NCBI GenBank assembly: GCA_963737905.1
Contig: CAVTUQ010000027.1
Coordinates: 32,001-96,000 of the forward strand
DNA from: an uncultured delta proteobacterium
Lineage (GTDB): Bacteria; Desulfobacterota; Binatia; UBA9968
Length of the DNA stretch: 64,000 nucleotides
Reading direction: 5' to 3'
This document shows positions 9,568-17,936 of the stretch, piece by piece. Position 1 is the stretch's first letter; every line of letters begins with the position of its first letter. The notes below the pieces were generated by a model, which saw only the letters and a list, made by a program, of their open reading frames with translations, did no database searches and was not told the origin of the DNA. Made by a program: the position numbers and the translations under genes.

Positions 9568-10299
9568 ATGTCTATCGAGACTTTTCTGGTTCGGACCATG
9601 TCCGATACGGTCGAAACCGATATCCAAAGAGTCTTTACGATCGCCAACGAAATTCTGCCACGCTATGAGATGCCGCCACTTTCGTTCGCGGAGCTGCGGA
9701 AAATCGCCGACGGTCCATTCGATTTGTTTCTTATTCCGCTGATCTTTGCCAAGGAATATCAGAAGGACCGCAATCTGCCTTTCAATGAAGCGAAGCGGGT
9801 GGAGATCAGAACCCACGCTTTGGAGATCGCGCGCAAGCATGGCTTCGATGTGAATCCGCCGGATTTCATTTCTGGCATCGAGCATTCCCTGAAATCGACC
9901 AAAGACGCCGGTCTCCGCAACGTGCTCATGACCACCGGCGGCAGGCGCTACAAACATCAGGCGATGGAAAAGGCCGGCCTCGGGGGTTACTTCGACGAAA
10001 TCGTCGATCGGGATGAAACCTATTACGCCAAAGAGCAGGGACTCTATTATCTTTACCGCAAGCACAAGGCGAGACTCCGCATCATCCTTCTCTCCGGCAC
10101 GGCCACCTACATCCGGGCCGGCAACAACGCCCACGGCTGCAAAGTCGGCGGCACAGACCTAGAGGTCGTCACCGTCGCTCTCTCCACGGAACATTCTTAC
10201 AATGACGAGGAGACCCTACGGGCTGCCCAACCGAAAATTCTCGTTCGCAGCTTCAACGAGCTCTCGCCCGCACTGAAGGAACAGGGCCTGGTCGATTAA
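9568..10299 (+). CDS. HAD-fold protein with degenerate catalytic motifs
   Basis: SD aggagg; GLGGYFDEIV and ETLRAAQPKILVRSFNEL resemble HAD C1 proteins; no DxD motif. Confidence 0.6.
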   Translation: MSIETFLVRTMSDTVETDIQRVFTIANEILPRYEMPPLSFAELRKIADGPFDLFLIPLIFAKEYQKDRNLPFNEAKRVEIRTHALEIARKHGFDVNPPDFISGIEHSLKSTKDAGLRNVLMTTGGRRYKHQAMEKAGLGGYFDEIVDRDETYYAKEQGLYYLYRKHKARLRIILLSGTATYIRAGNNAHGCKVGGTDLEVVTVALSTEHSYNDEETLRAAQPKILVRSFNELSPALKEQGLVD

Positions 10300-10311
10300 T
10301 CCGTAAGGCGA

Positions 10312-10815
10312 TCAAGGCTCAACTCTTGCGTACTGGGAAATCGTATTGACGAAGTCGTCCGGTCGTTCGGGGGAGATCACTATCACGGAGGATGGAAAAC
10401 GTAGCACCACCGCGCGACGTCGATCGGTCATGAACGCGCGGTAGGAGCCCAAGTCTTTATTGCGAAAATAACCGGTGAAAGAAAAAAAACCGCCGTTGCC
10501 GAACGTGCGAATGCTCCGATGGGTAGCGGCGGGATCGAATTTGACGGAGCGGAGTTCGCGGAGCGAGACGCGCGTTTTCCAGAACAGCCGGTCGATTAAA
10601 AGGGTGCCGTTTGCAATCGAGTAGCCACGAACCGTAAATAACGCGCAGGTCAAAATGACCGCCAACGGTAGTAGGCCGAGCCAAAAACGCAACGGCTTCA
10701 AAGCACCGTCCATAGGAAGGGTCCACATACCGTAGGTTACGCCCAGGCATACAAGCGCGGCAAATGTAGAAGCCACGATCAGCGATTTGCTCCAGGGTGC
10801 GCGATAATAGTTCAT
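10312..10815 (-). CDS. Membrane-anchored bacterial PH-domain protein
   Basis: Two TM segments, then IRTFGNGGFFSFTGYF..VISPERPDDF. Confidence 0.75.
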   Translation of the reverse strand: MNYYRAPWSKSLIVASTFAALVCLGVTYGMWTLPMDGALKPLRFWLGLLPLAVILTCALFTVRGYSIANGTLLIDRLFWKTRVSLRELRSVKFDPAATHRSIRTFGNGGFFSFTGYFRNKDLGSYRAFMTDRRRAVVLRFPSSVIVISPERPDDFVNTISQYARVEP

Positions 10816-10953
10816 GGGGCGGAACAAAAGGAAATTTAAGTTTTGGCACTAAGTCGCGACGATTTCACGGTACGACAGGGATCGCGACAATGTGTGAACG
10901 CAAAGCTTGCCCAACTTGACGACGTTCGCAGGCGAGGTTGTTTAGCCGTCGTA

Positions 10954-11187
10954 TCAAGACGCTTTTAATAACGCCTGCTGAACAGAAGGTGGAAAATCTA
11001 CGAATACAAAGTAGTTGGTGGGATAGAGATAATCTTCGCCCTCGTTGTCGACAACTCGAACATAGCGCGATTTGGCAGCACTCTCGTCTGGCAGGACTTC
11101 GTAGACGCGGCGAGGTGTCAGCAAATCAACATCGTCACTCCGAATGCAAATAGCAAACTGTCGTTTGGGTTTCGGTCGGGTTGGCAT
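10954..11187 (-). CDS. Small conserved hypothetical protein, putative antitoxin
   Basis: QFAICI..LLTPRRVYEVLPDESA..YVRVVDNEGEDYLYP; 5 bp downstream of its partner gene. Confidence 0.7.
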   Translation of the reverse strand: MPTRPKPKRQFAICIRSDDVDLLTPRRVYEVLPDESAAKSRYVRVVDNEGEDYLYPTNYFVFVDFPPSVQQALLKAS

Positions 11188-11192
11188 AACAT

Positions 11193-11426
11193 TCAATCCA
11201 GGAATTGTTTTATGCGGATTTTCCTTTTTCCTATTCCATGTGCTTCAAATCAGTGTGCCTCGGCTCTCCGCATCGTTCCATCAAAAAGGCGTACTGTTGC
11301 TCTTCCTTTTAGTTTCCGCCATCGTCCTCTTCCGTACCGCTTCCGCAGAACGGGCAAGATTCGAATTTGGGTGCCGATCGCAATGGGTTCAATGTCGGTA
11401 ATCTTACCGACAATCTCGAAGTGCAT
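11193..11426 (-). pseudogene. Small basic protein (putative toxin) with in-frame TGA at codon 59
   Basis: Manual translation MHFEIVGKITDIEPIAIG..RYGRGRWRKLKGRATVRLFDGTMRRAEAH*FEAHGIGKRKIRIKQFLD; TGA at 11250-11252; not in the ORF track. Confidence 0.7.
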
Positions 11427-11632
11427 CCGAGCGACACTATGTCAAACATCGGCAAAGAAACCAAGCCTCCAACGGCATGTCCCTCAGTTGGTCGTCCTTG
11501 ATCAAACCGGTCATCACGCCGTTGTCAATTCCGAATTGATCCGCCGGACCAACTTCTCTTCCGTCTTGAGTCGAAGGTTTCAATAAGTTTGTGCTTTGCT
11601 ATAGACTGATTATAGAGGAATTCGGAGAATTT

Positions 11633-12190
11633 ATGGACGTGCCGAAATCGTTTCTAACGGGGACTGTTGTTGTAAAAATCGGCGATATCACCAAGGAAGC
11701 TGTGGACGCCATTGTCAACGCGGCGAATGGAACTTTAATGGGTGGAGGCGGCGTGGACGGGGCGATTCATCGGGCGGGAGGGCCGGAAATATTGAAAGAG
11801 TGCAAAGAGATTCGGCGGGTTCAGTATCCCGATGGTTTACCGACGGGACAGGCGGTGATCACGACGGCGGGGAGGATGCCGGCCAAGCACGTCATTCATA
11901 CCGTGGGACCTGTGTATGGGACGCGGAGGAAACGATAAGGCGGAGCTTTTAGGTGCTTGTTACCACAACTCGTTGACTCTCGCTGCAGACAAAGGGCTCA
12001 GAACGATCGCCTTCCCGGCGATCTCGACCGGCATATATGGTTATCCGTTGCATGAAGCGGCGCAGGTATCATCGCAAGCGATTCAAAAATTTGTCAGTTT
12101 CGAATGCTGTTGCTTCAGGAGATCCGACTGGTCTTTTTCAGTCCGACCGACGCCGACACCTTCTTGAAAAACCACGTCTTCACAGAGTAA
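11633..12190 (+). CDS. Macrodomain protein (O-acetyl-ADP-ribose deacetylase, YmdB-like), two frameshifts
   Basis: [41 protein letters not shown]; shifts near 11921 and 12100; ends EIRLVFF..HVFTE*. Confidence 0.85.
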
Positions 12191-12224
12191 GGATAATGAT
12201 AGGAACTCATTAACGCTTCTCGTT

Positions 12225-13646
12225 ATGACTGATTCATCAAAGGCAGTGCGTGTTGGTATCGAAGGCGTTTTCTATTCCTTGACGCATGTGCCTGATCTCG
12301 TCCGTTATGGTTCCAAACCATCGACGCGAGCTTCAGGGCCAATCGCGACACTCGAACAACAGTTAAAAACCAGCTCAGGAGTTTCAACGCGGCCACGGCT
12401 TATGCGCCCCATCAAGTTTACATCGGCAACATTACGCCCTCCGAGCTGAGCAATCTTCCGAAGCCCTGGTACGACAAACTCATCGAAGGGGCTACTAGCG
12501 ATGGGCGTTTTGGCGACCTGGTGGATCAGGACCGGTTTTACGGCCAGCTTGCGGGAGCCGATCAGTTCAATCTCGTCACCCTCGAAGAAAAATGGTTTAA
12601 GGAGCATGCGGCAAAGCATGCCCACGGGAAACCGCCACGCGTGCGGCCGTTGATGGAAATCAAAGCGCTCTGCGAGAAGGGTGCGCTGGCGCTTTATTCC
12701 AGTGAGAGATTGGTGGGTGCTTTCGAGCCGGGTCATGCCGAAGACGCGAGTCTTACCGCCGATGTTTTGCTGGAAAATCTCGCCGCGAAGGTTACCGCGG
12801 CTCATTCGCTTGGTTCCTTGCTGAATGCTCTCAAGCTGGGTCCGGAAGAAATCGATTTCGTCATTAGTTGCTCGGAAGAAGCGGTGGGCGACCGTTATAA
12901 TCGCGGTGGAGGGAATCTTGCCAAGGCTGTCGCTGAAGACGTCGGCTGCGCGAACGCCTCCGGTTCGGACGTCAAAGCCTTCTGCGCCGGGCCGATGTAC
13001 GGGATAGTTCACGGCGCCAGTCTGATCCAGTCGGGCATTTGTAAAAAGGTTGCCGTGGTGGCCGGCGGATCGCTGGCCAAGCTTGGCATGAAGTTCGAGT
13101 CGCATCTCAAGAAAGGCATGCCGGTTTTAGAAGATGTGCTGGGGAGTTTTGCCGTGATCTTAAGCGCGGCGAAGACGGGCGCGCCTTGTGTGCGATTGGA
13201 TTCTGCGGCCTTTCACCCGGTTCGGGCAGGCGCGTCGCCGCAGGCGATGGCGGAATGTCTTGCCGAAAAACCGCTTGCAAAGCTGGGAATGAAACTCACC
13301 GACGTGGACCGCTACGCCGTCGAGTTGCACAATCCTGAAATCACCGTGCCCTCGGGCAGTGGCGACGTGCCCAGGACGAATTATCTGACATTAGCCGCGC
13401 TGGCAGTCATGCGTGGACAGATCAAGAAGGATCAGATGGAGGATTTTGTCCGGACGCGCGGCATGGTAGGCTATGCGCCGACGCAGGGGCATATTCCCTC
13501 GGCGATTGTTTACTTGGGGCACGCGCTGGATGCGCTGCAGAAACAATGAGATCAAGAATGCGCTATTTATTTCCAAAGGAAGTCTCTTTCTCGGCCGCAT
13601 GACGCAGCTCTCCGACGGCTGCTCGTTTTTAGTCGAAAAGAGTTAG
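12225..13646 (+). CDS. grdC: Glycine/sarcosine/betaine reductase complex component C beta subunit (frameshifted)
   Basis: [77 protein letters not shown] and, after a +1 shift near 13538, [24 protein letters not shown]. Confidence 0.88.
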
Positions 13647-13662
13647 AAACAACGGAGGTCGA

Positions 13663-14118
13663 ATGCTCAACGGGAAGAAAGTCATCGCCATCGGCGAGCG
13701 GGACGGCGTGCCCGGACCGGTAATCGCCGAGTGTCTCGAAGGGGCCGGCATAGAGGTCGTCTTTCAAGTCACAGAGTGTTTTGTTTGAACTGCCGCGGGC
13801 GCGATGAACTTCGAGAATCAGGGAGTCATCAAACGCCTGGCGGACCAGTATGGTCCGGAAAATCTAGCGGTGGTTTTGGGCAACGGTGAAGCCAGCGGCG
13901 TCGAAGTTTTCGCTGAGACGGTGACCGAAGGGGACCCGAGCTATGCCGGGCCGCTTGCAGGGGTGTCTTTGAAGATTCCGGTCTACCATGTTCTGGAGGA
14001 GGAGGTGATGGCAGTGGTGCCGGAAGCGATGCGGGAGGAAAAGTTGCAGCTTTCGTCGCTGGTCATCGACGTGGAGCCGATGCGGCAGGTTTTACAGGCG
14101 GCGAGAGAAAAGCTCTAA
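13663..14118 (+). CDS. grdA: Glycine reductase complex selenoprotein A, Sec at codon 42
   Basis: SD ggagg at 13654, ATG 13663; [26 protein letters not shown](TGA 13786)[31 protein letters not shown], all in one frame. Confidence 0.93.
13792..13841 (+). promoter_or_regulatory. Putative bacterial SECIS hairpin
   Basis: gcc/ggc, gggcg/cgcct, gatga/tcatc and cttc/ggag stems with a G-led apical region, just 3' of the UGA (paired by eye). Confidence 0.65.
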
Positions 14119-14132
14119 CCACGCGAAAACCC

Positions 14133-14219
14133 GTTCAAGCCGTTCAAAACGTTCCAGGCGTTCAAGTCGACGGATTCCTTTACGATTTGAACGAATTGAA
14201 CTGCTTGAACGATTTGAAC
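14133..14219. repeat. Inverted array of 9-mers (GTTCAA x4 / TTGAAC x4)
   Basis: gttc(a/c)a at 14133, 14142, 14151, 14160; ttgaac at 14187, 14196, 14205, 14214; between convergent genes. Confidence 0.85.
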
Positions 14220-15208
14220 TACTTTCGATACAGCCCTTTGATAAATCCTGAGTCTTCGAGCTCCTTCACGAACCGCAAATCCACATAGTCTTTGACGTTT
14301 GCCTGTGCCGCCTTGGGGTTCGTTGCAGCCATGTCCTGCAAAACGAGCTGATAACCTTCAGGCGGCGGATAGGGCGCTTCCGGGATGAAGCGCGCGTGCC
14401 AGTCCCAAGCTTCCTCCAGGACTTTGCGATCATCCAGGCGAGAATATTTTCTCATGATCTTCATCGTCTCTTCTTTATGGGTTTTGTAGTAGTGGATCGC
14501 CTCGGTGTAAGCACGCATATAACGCCGGACCATATCCGGATTTTCTCGGATCAGCTTGGTCGAAGTGTAGACTCCGTTCTGGGGAAAAGGAATTTGCAGG
14601 CTGGCCATGTCGACGACCATGGGATATCCGAGCTTTTCAGCCTGCGCCTTGCCTGCTTCGGTCACTACCGTGAATTGAACGATGCCTTTTTGCAACGCCA
14701 CCATGCGCTCGGTGCTGCCGCCGATCACCCGTAGGGTAACGTCCTTGTTCGGTTCGAGGCCGATTTTTTTGAGGCCCACTTTGAGTGCGAATTCAGCCGT
14801 GGTTCCGGCGATATGGGTTCCGCCAATCTTCCCACGCAGATCTTCTGCTCTTTTGATGCTCGGGTTTGCAACCAGATAATAAGGCAACACATTGACATTC
14901 CCGGCAATGGCGACGACGTCGCCCCCGGCAAGCCGTGCGCTCGTCAGGCCCGGTCCTCCGCCTTCACCAATGGGAATCTCTCCAGCGAGGATGGCCTGAA
15001 TGCCGCGAACACTGCCCGATATGAAAATGACCGTTGCATCAAGGCCATGCTTGTCGAAGATTCGCGTCTCTTTGGCGACCTGAATCACGGTCGATGAGCC
15101 GGGGCTGGTGGAGATGTAAGCGGTATTGATTCTATCTGCCGCGGCCAGAAGCGTTGTTGCGGAAAAGATAACGATCAGCAAAGTCAATGCATTGGCGATC
15201 CATTTCAT
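14219..15208 (-). CDS. NitT/TauT-family ABC solute-binding protein (orphan)
   Basis: Signal peptide, IFDKHGLD, DLRGKIGG, FVKELEDSGFIKGLY. Confidence 0.87.
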   Translation of the reverse strand: MKWIANALTLLIVIFSATTLLAAADRINTAYISTSPGSSTVIQVAKETRIFDKHGLDATVIFISGSVRGIQAILAGEIPIGEGGGPGLTSARLAGGDVVAIAGNVNVLPYYLVANPSIKRAEDLRGKIGGTHIAGTTAEFALKVGLKKIGLEPNKDVTLRVIGGSTERMVALQKGIVQFTVVTEAGKAQAEKLGYPMVVDMASLQIPFPQNGVYTSTKLIRENPDMVRRYMRAYTEAIHYYKTHKEETMKIMRKYSRLDDRKVLEEAWDWHARFIPEAPYPPPEGYQLVLQDMAATNPKAAQANVKDYVDLRFVKELEDSGFIKGLYRK

Positions 15209-15362
15209 AGGCTAACCTCCCAAATCGAGGGCGAAGATAACGATTAACGTCGCATCAGCCTATACCATTTTCATCAAGGCGGGGAAAGCATAATTGACAG
15301 GGAGGGGTCTGAAGTCTATCTTTTAGCAGAGTGCCGACAAACACTGCTGGAGAGATCGAAGG

Positions 15363-16013
15363 TTGACGAAACGACCCATTGATCTGGTGATGTTCGATTT
15401 GGACGGTACGCTCGCCGATACCGGGCAGGATTTAGCCGATTCGGTCAATCACACGCGGGATTACTTCAATCTCGGGCCATTGCCGGAAGCACTGGTCTAT
15501 ACGCACGTGGGCCGCGGCGTAGAACATCTCCTAAGACACTCGCTGCCCGAGGATAGTGTCGATCACTTTCAAGAGGTCATGCGGGTTTTTCTCGCGCGCT
15601 ATGAAAACCACCTTCTTGACAAGACGATTTTGTATCCCGGCGTTCATGAGGTCCTCGATTACTTTCGAGCCAAGCGCAGGGTCGTCGTGAGCAACAAAAT
15701 GCATCGACTCACGGTGGCGGTGCTGCGTGGTTTGGGTGTCGAGAAGAAATTCGACGCGATTTTGGGGGGCGACAGCGCGGCGGAGAAAAAACCCCATCCC
15801 GCCTTGATTCATGACGTGCTCAGCCGTTTTCAAATAGCACCTGCTCATGGTTTGATCGTTGGAGACGGCGACACGGACGTGGAGGCGGGTAAGAGGGCCG
15901 GAGTTGTTACCTGTGGCGTCACTTACGGCCTAGGGAGTAAGGAAGACCTGGTCGCGGCGAAACCCGATATCCTCATCGACGATCTTGCGGACCTGCCGCG
16001 TCACTTCTGTTAA
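15363..16013 (+). CDS. HAD hydrolase, phosphoglycolate phosphatase-like
   Basis: FDLDGTLAD, KKPHP, VGDGDTDV. Confidence 0.88.
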   Translation: MTKRPIDLVMFDLDGTLADTGQDLADSVNHTRDYFNLGPLPEALVYTHVGRGVEHLLRHSLPEDSVDHFQEVMRVFLARYENHLLDKTILYPGVHEVLDYFRAKRRVVVSNKMHRLTVAVLRGLGVEKKFDAILGGDSAAEKKPHPALIHDVLSRFQIAPAHGLIVGDGDTDVEAGKRAGVVTCGVTYGLGSKEDLVAAKPDILIDDLADLPRHFC

Positions 16014-16047
16014 GCAAGAGGATTTGATATCGAAGGAGGTTATTCTT

Positions 16048-16446
16048 ATGGCAGCTACGATTCCAGACAAGTACAAAGATCTGTTCAACAAAGTTGCGTT
16101 TGCGCATCTTGCGACTTTGATGTCGGATGGGCGTCCTCAGGTTTCGCCGGTTTGGTTTGATCTTGACGGATCTCATATCAGAGTCAACTCGGCCAAAGGG
16201 CGGGTGAAGGACAAAAACATGCGGCGAAACAAGAAAGTCGCCCTCTCCATCGTCGATCCGGATAATCCCTATCGCCATCTGGACGTGCAAGGTGAGGTGG
16301 TGGACATTACCGAGCAGGGCGCGGACGAGCACATTAATGCGCTCGCCAAAAAATATTTGGGGAAGGATCAATATCCCTTTCGTCAGCCGGGAGAAGTGCG
16401 AGTGATTTACAAGATCCGGCCGGACCGCGTTACTCAAATGGGCTAA
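16048..16446 (+). CDS. PPOX-class (F420-dependent-like) split-barrel oxidoreductase
   Basis: AHLATLMSDGRPQVSPVWF, GRVKDKNMRRN; SD aaggagg. Confidence 0.88.
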   Translation: MAATIPDKYKDLFNKVAFAHLATLMSDGRPQVSPVWFDLDGSHIRVNSAKGRVKDKNMRRNKKVALSIVDPDNPYRHLDVQGEVVDITEQGADEHINALAKKYLGKDQYPFRQPGEVRVIYKIRPDRVTQMG

Positions 16447-16478
16447 GAAACGGCTCCTCCGCTGGGGCGCGGGAGACC

Positions 16479-17909
16479 CTAAGGCGTATCGGGATGGCCG
16501 GCGGTCAGAGTTTCTGGGAGATTGCTCTGCGGAAAACGGTTGAGCGCGGCCAACGCCGCGACCTTGTAGCATTCGGCCAAGGTCGGATAGTTGAAAACGT
16601 TATCGACGAAGTAATCCAGCTTGCCGCCGTGGGCCATGACGGCTTGGCCAATATGCACCAATTCCGTCGCTCCTTCGCCGATCACATGCACGCCGAGGAG
16701 CTGCCGCGTCTCCGTGTGAAACAGTAACTTGAGCATGCCTACGGTATCGCCGATAATTTGGCCGCGGGCAATCTCACGGTAGCGGGCGACGCCGATCTCA
16801 TACGGTATCCCATCCCGGGTCAGTTCATCCTCATTGCGTCCGACCATTGAGATTTCCGGGATCGTATAGATGCCATAGGGCAAAAGATGGGATGATGTTT
16901 CACAGACGAGACCGAAAGCGTGACAGGCGGCATGCCGCCCTTGCTGCATGGACGTCGAGGCGAGAGCGGGGAAACCTACCACGTCGCCTACAGCGTAAAT
17001 GTGCGGTACGGAGGTCTGAAAGGCTTCGTTGACCTGCAACCGGCCCCGTTCGTCTGGTTGAATCCCGATGCTTTCCAGGTTCAAGCCTGCGGTGGCACCC
17101 ACACGTCCGATGGAGTACATCAGAAGAGGCGCGCTGATTTTCTTGCCGCTTTTTAGATGGATCGCTACAGAGTTGTCCGGTGACCTTTCAAGACGGACGA
17201 CTTCCTCGTTGAAACGAAGCGTCACGCCGATGCTGCGCATCTGATACTGGAGGGCTTCAATAAGCTCGCTATCAACGAACTCGAGCAAACGCGGGCGTCG
17301 TTCGACCAAGACAACGGGGATGCCGAGGGTGGCCAGAATCGATGCGTACTCGCATCCGATCACTCCACCGCCTACGATGGTTAAGGATGTCGGCAACTGC
17401 TTCAGGGACAGTAGGCCATCGCTGTCAATAATCGATTCCGAGTCGAAAGCGATCTCCGGAGGGCGCGCCGTCTCAGTGCCCACGGCAACCACGATAAAAT
17501 CCGCGGTATGTTCGTTGGTTTCTGAATCTTGCTTGATGGAGAGCCGGTGCGGGTCGAGAAACGCTGCGGTCCCGACGATAAAATCCACGTGATTACGAAT
17601 CAGTTGGTTCTGGATGACTTCCTGCTCGGCCTTTACCACGTGGTCGCAGCGCATGGCGAGATCTTCAAAAGTAATGTCCTTTTTGACCCTGTAGCTGGCC
17701 CCGTACAGATTGCGTTGGCGGAAGCCGGAGAGGAACAGGACGGCCTCCCGCAAGGATTTGCTGGGAATCGTCCCGGTATTGATGCAGATACCGCCGGCGA
17801 CTTTCTTGCGTTCCACAATGCCCACTTTCTTACCGACTTTGGCGGCCTGGATGGCAGCCTTCTGGCCGGCAGGGCCGGAGCCGATCACCAGCATGTCATA
17901 GTGAGCCAT
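16479..17909 (-). CDS. sthA: Soluble pyridine nucleotide transhydrogenase
   Basis: GGICINTGTIPSKSLRE (CxxxxT), FNYPTLAECYKVAA. Confidence 0.92.
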   Translation of the reverse strand: MAHYDMLVIGSGPAGQKAAIQAAKVGKKVGIVERKKVAGGICINTGTIPSKSLREAVLFLSGFRQRNLYGASYRVKKDITFEDLAMRCDHVVKAEQEVIQNQLIRNHVDFIVGTAAFLDPHRLSIKQDSETNEHTADFIVVAVGTETARPPEIAFDSESIIDSDGLLSLKQLPTSLTIVGGGVIGCEYASILATLGIPVVLVERRPRLLEFVDSELIEALQYQMRSIGVTLRFNEEVVRLERSPDNSVAIHLKSGKKISAPLLMYSIGRVGATAGLNLESIGIQPDERGRLQVNEAFQTSVPHIYAVGDVVGFPALASTSMQQGRHAACHAFGLVCETSSHLLPYGIYTIPEISMVGRNEDELTRDGIPYEIGVARYREIARGQIIGDTVGMLKLLFHTETRQLLGVHVIGEGATELVHIGQAVMAHGGKLDYFVDNVFNYPTLAECYKVAALAALNRFPQSNLPETLTAGHPDTP

Positions 17910-17936
17910 CTTGGTCTCCGCGGACTAATGCACCCA

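Noticed and set aside
11250-11252. TGA read as Trp (alternative code) or as Sec
   Set aside because: TGA is the normal stop of many genes here (for example proA); the position corresponds to Trp, not Cys; no convincing SECIS was seen
12305-13105. 266-aa minus-strand ORF and similar long antisense ORFs (18093-18902, 35013-35819, 54758-55546)
   Set aside because: Shadow frames of well-supported genes, expected at this GC content
13804-14118. 104-aa ORF as the complete gene
   Set aside because: It is the post-UGA part of grdA; the SD and homology begin at 13663
9383-14219. GTTCAA arrays as CRISPR repeats
   Set aside because: Period is only 7-9 nt, with no unique 30-40-nt spacers and no cas genes
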